Positions 7,810-13,071 of a stretch of DNA of 13,071 nt are shown here, piece after piece (the stretch's first letter is position 1; each line of letters begins with the position of its first letter). Location of the stretch: IMG/VR virus record IMGVR_UViG_2681813316_000016, positions 1 to 13,071 of that record, one strand, 5' to 3'. Both the position numbers and the translations under genes were made by a program. Source of the stretch: a virus. Lineage: Duplodnaviria; Heunggongvirae; Uroviricota; Caudoviricetes. The notes beneath the pieces are model-generated. The model had not been told where the DNA came from, did no database searches, and worked only from the letters and a program-made list of their open reading frames with translations.

Positions 7810-8334
7810 GTGAGACAGGCTCACTTTCTAAAAGGTAAAGACGCTATGAACCAATTAGAAGAAAAGCTTCAAAGAATGATTTCCTTATACAAGGAAGATA
7901 ACTGCCAAAAAGTTCCTGAAAACATCGCAGAGTTAATGGAATTGGCAAGTGAATTTTCTGGCATGCTTAAGTCGTCAGGTGTTCGGTCAGCGTTCTTTGT
8001 TGAAATGCTGATGCACGGCGGACTTATGACAACAATGAGACGTGTAATGGAAGACCAGAGAAAAGAACCTCCTCAGGTATACGTTTTGTCATCGAAGAAA
8101 ACTGGGCTAACCAAAATTGGGTATTCATCCAACATTCCACAACGCATCAAATCGCTTGGCAACTCTGGACCAGACTGCTTGAAGCTTGAGTGCCTGATCC
8201 CTGGTGGAAGAGAAACTGAAAACATGCTTCATCGCAAATTTGCCGCAAAGAGAAAGCACGGTGAATGGTTCGCCCTGTCCAAGGATGACATTGAGGGATT
8301 GAAATCTGTAGCGATTACTTCTGATGGCTATTAA
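7810..8334 (+). CDS. T5orf172 / GIY-YIG-like domain protein; cargo gene where lambda carries bor
   Basis: Track ORF (GTG 7810; ATG 7846 would give MNQLEEK...). C-terminal half VYVLSSKKTGLTKIGYSSNIPQRIKSL...ETENMLH...GEWF fits the T5orf172 pattern; N-terminal ~80 aa unrecognised. Confidence 0.6.
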   Translation: MRQAHFLKGKDAMNQLEEKLQRMISLYKEDNCQKVPENIAELMELASEFSGMLKSSGVRSAFFVEMLMHGGLMTTMRRVMEDQRKEPPQVYVLSSKKTGLTKIGYSSNIPQRIKSLGNSGPDCLKLECLIPGGRETENMLHRKFAAKRKHGEWFALSKDDIEGLKSVAITSDGY

Positions 8335-8648
8335 TGCTTGTTTAGAGCAATTTTCATAACAACTCTTCATTACAAAGCCCATCTACTGGTGGGCTTGATA
8401 ATGAAACCGTGATTTACATCCCCACAATCCGGGTATGTAAAAGATAGTTCAGGCGAGAACGGATTTAACTAAATCTGTGCGTCACCAGTTAACGGCAGTA
8501 CCACGAAACAACCCAAGCCAGTAAGTGGGGAAATAACACCGGCAGCCACTGAAAGATGAACCTCCTGCCTTATGGCAAAAAAGATTCTTTGTGGTGGCGG
8601 ACTGATGGAAAGACATCCTAATTTCAGCCAAACATTGAAGGAGTTGTT

Positions 8649-8720
8649 ATGTCAGCAGAAGGTTTCAATAACCCATCAAAATTCCGGGATGAGTGGGATA
8701 GCAGCGTAAAGAGTAAGTGA
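8649..8720 (+). CDS. Hypothetical 23-aa peptide with strong Shine-Dalgarno (GAAGGAG)
   Basis: GAAGGAG 5 nt upstream of ATG 8649; MSAEGFNNPSKFRDEWDSSVKSK; sits in a ~680-bp gap without long ORFs. Sequence only. Confidence 0.2.
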   Translation: MSAEGFNNPSKFRDEWDSSVKSK

Positions 8721-9012
8721 TGCCATCACAAAAGCCATTCCCTACAGAGTGGCTTTGATAATGGCTTATACCCTACACGGGATAACTTAACTGATATCCC
8801 TTTTAAAGGATAAAGGTATTCAAGCCTGACACATCATGCGCTGTATCGTCGCCGTATTCCCGTATTAACAGAGACCGTAGCCCGACGGGGAACTCCTTCT
8901 GCGCGAGTGTGCGGGAATAATCAAAAACGATGCACACTGGGGTTACCGGGTACACATATTTCATCATGCCAGCGAGTCCGGTTCTGGCACGGAAGAAACC
9001 GGACGTTATGAT

Positions 9013-9423
9013 TTAGTGCGGAAATATTTGTGTAGTGTTCTGAATGTTCTCAGTAAAGAGTAATGAATTATCAAAGGTATAGTAATACCTTTTGTTTTCG
9101 TGGATATTTGTAATCCATCTGAAAACCCCTGCTGTAGCAAGATTTTTCCTGTATTCGTAAAATGATAACTCTCCTGATTTGAATCCTTTTAATGTGGCTT
9201 CTATAAGGCATTTATTTTTTGAAAATCTTACATTTACAACCTTACCCTGTCCTTTTATTAAAACCGTATTATCGTTTTCAAGAACAAGATGAATATTCTC
9301 TGTGGCTAAATAGTAAATGTAATGTGAGACATTGTGACGTTTTAGTTCAGAATAAAACCAGTGATAGTTTAAATTATTTCGCACTTTATCGAATATTTGT
9401 TTAAAAATGGCAACCTGAGCCAT
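9013..9423 (-). CDS. ybcV: YbcV-like protein (DUF1398 family, 136 aa)
   Basis: Track ORF 9013..9438; ATG at 9423 ([13 protein letters not shown]...) has AAGG about 7 nt upstream; AT-rich; resembles DLP12 YbcV as recalled. Confidence 0.6.
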   Translation of the reverse strand: MAQVAIFKQIFDKVRNNLNYHWFYSELKRHNVSHYIYYLATENIHLVLENDNTVLIKGQGKVVNVRFSKNKCLIEATLKGFKSGELSFYEYRKNLATAGVFRWITNIHENKRYYYTFDNSLLFTENIQNTTQIFPH

Positions 9424-9427
9424 TGTA

Positions 9428-9453
9428 GTACCTTCCATGTGATATGAAGGTAC
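9428..9453 (-). promoter_or_regulatory. Inverted repeat (GTACCTTC / GAAGGTAC, 8-bp arms, 10-nt loop) enclosing the ybcV Shine-Dalgarno
   Basis: Read directly; in the minus-strand mRNA the 3' arm contains GAAGG just upstream of ATG 9423, so it could be an operator or a translation-sequestering hairpin. Confidence 0.4.
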
Positions 9454-9480
9454 CTAGTCTGCACGATTATCTAAATTGCT

Positions 9481-9714
9481 TCAATCTGGTCTGACCTGCT
9501 TTCTGAGCAATTCAGTAATGTCACTCTTTTCTTTGTTTGCTTCAGGCGAAACTCTTTTTTCTGAGCACAGTCTTCGGCGGCAGGCTTCAATGACCCAGGC
9601 TGAGAAATTCCCGGACCCTTTTTGATCAAGAGCGATGTTAATTTGTTCAATCATTTGGTTAGGAAAGCGGATGTTGCGGGTTGTTGTTCTGCGGGTTCTG
9701 TTCTTCGTTGACAT
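9481..9714 (-). CDS. ylcI: YlcI-like small protein (DUF3950), probable ribbon-helix-helix DNA-binding fold
   Basis: Track ORF; RNIRFPNQMIEQINIALDQKGSGNFSAWVIEACRRRL resembles the Arc/Mnt strand-helix-loop-helix layout; directly upstream of ybcV on the same strand. Confidence 0.55.
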   Translation of the reverse strand: MSTKNRTRRTTTRNIRFPNQMIEQINIALDQKGSGNFSAWVIEACRRRLCSEKRVSPEANKEKSDITELLRKQVRPD

Positions 9715-9779
9715 GAGGTTGTCCCGTATTCAGTGTCGCTGATTTGTATTGTCTGAAGTTGTTTTTACGTTAAGTTGAT

Positions 9780-10100
9780 GCAGATCAATTAATATGATAC
9801 CTGCGTCATAATTGATTATTTGACGTGGTTTGATGGCGTAGATGCACGTTGTGACATGCAGATGATAATTATTATCATTTTGCGGGTCCTTTCCGGCGAT
9901 CCGACAGGTTACGGGGCGGCGACCTCGCGGGTTTTCGCTATTTATGAAAATTTTCCGGTTTAAGGCGTTTCCGTTCTTCTTCGTCGTAACTTGATGTTTT
10001 TATTTAAAATACCCTCTGAAAAGAAAGGAAACGACAGGTGCTGAAAACGAGCTTTTGGGCCTCTGTCGTTTCCTTTCTCTGTTTTAGGCCGTGGAATGAA
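9780..10100 (+). other. Lambda-type cos region (cosQ, cosN, cosB); 12-nt cohesive end GGGCGGCGACCT at 9914..9925
   Basis: ...gatccgacaggttacg / gggcggcgacctcgcgggttttcgctatttatgaaaattttccgg matches the junction of lambda right and left genome ends as recalled; immediately upstream of Nu1. Confidence 0.9.
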
Positions 10101-10102
10101 CA

Positions 10103-10623
10103 ATGGAAGTCAACAAAAAGCAGCTGGCTGACATTTTCGGTGCGAGTATCCGTACCATTCAGAACTGGCAGGAACAGGGAATGCCCGTTCTGCGAGGCGG
10201 TGGCAAGGGTAATGAGGTGCTTTATGACTCTGCCGCCGTTATAAGATGGTATGCCGAAAGGGATGCTGAAATTGAGAACGAAAAGCTGCGCCGGGAAGTT
10301 GAAGAACTGCGGCAGGCCAGCGAGACAGATCTCCAGCCAGGGACTATTGAGTACGAACGCCATCGACTTACGCGTGCGCAGGCCGACGCACAGGAGCTGA
10401 AAAATGCCAGAGACTCCGCTGAAGTGGTGGAAACCGCATTCTGTACTTTCGTGCTGTCGCCGGATCGCAGGTGAAATTGCCAGTACTCTCGACGGGATCC
10501 CCCTGTCGGTGCAGCGGCGTTTTCCGGAACTGGAAAACCGACATGTTGATTTCCTGAAACGGGATATCATCAAAGCCATGAACAAAGCAGCCGCGCTGGA
10601 TGAACTGATACCGGGGTTGCTGA

Positions 10624-10649
<26 letters not shown>
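10103..10649 (+). pseudogene. nu1: Terminase small subunit Nu1, split by an apparent +1 frameshift near 10459..10462
   Basis: Track ORF 10103..10474 ([36 protein letters not shown]...FVLSPDRR*) and ORF 10404..10649 (...IAGEIAS...SEYIEQSG) each match lambda Nu1 in different frames; window has gtcgccggatcgc where lambda has gtcgcggatcgc as recalled. Confidence 0.7.

Positions 10650-13071
<2,422 letters not shown>

Noticed and set aside
8384-8763. The two hairpin motifs as attachment (att) sites of a small integrated element
   Set aside because: The enclosed ~350 bp has no integrase or recombinase ORF and the motifs are only loosely similar; kept as an observation, not called a mobile element.
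10455-10480. Programmed ribosomal frameshift in Nu1
   Set aside because: No slippery heptamer or stimulatory structure seen, and lambda Nu1 is a single ORF; mutation or sequencing error is more likely.

Overview
This window reads as a mosaic lambdoid prophage of the Escherichia/Shigella type, running from the end of the early-right (nin) region into the first head genes. In order: a cargo segment bracketed by ~93-bp direct repeats, carrying a Bro-N antirepressor-like gene and an AT-rich HEPN-like two-gene cassette; a DLP12-type nin/Q block (ylcH-like, ninB/ybcN, ninE, ybcO, rusA, ylcG, quuD); an intact porin gene (nmpC-like) on the opposite strand; a phage-21-type lysis cassette (pinholin, SAR endolysin, Rz with embedded Rz1); a T5orf172-domain gene where lambda carries bor; a ylcI/ybcV-like pair on the minus strand; a lambda-type cos site; then Nu1 (apparently frameshifted), terminase A, W and the start of portal B. 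The best candidates for an undescribed system are the HEPN-like pair (1721..2517) and, second, the T5orf172 gene (7810..8334). All protein identifications are from motif recognition and memory of known sequences, not database searches, and no statistics were computed.
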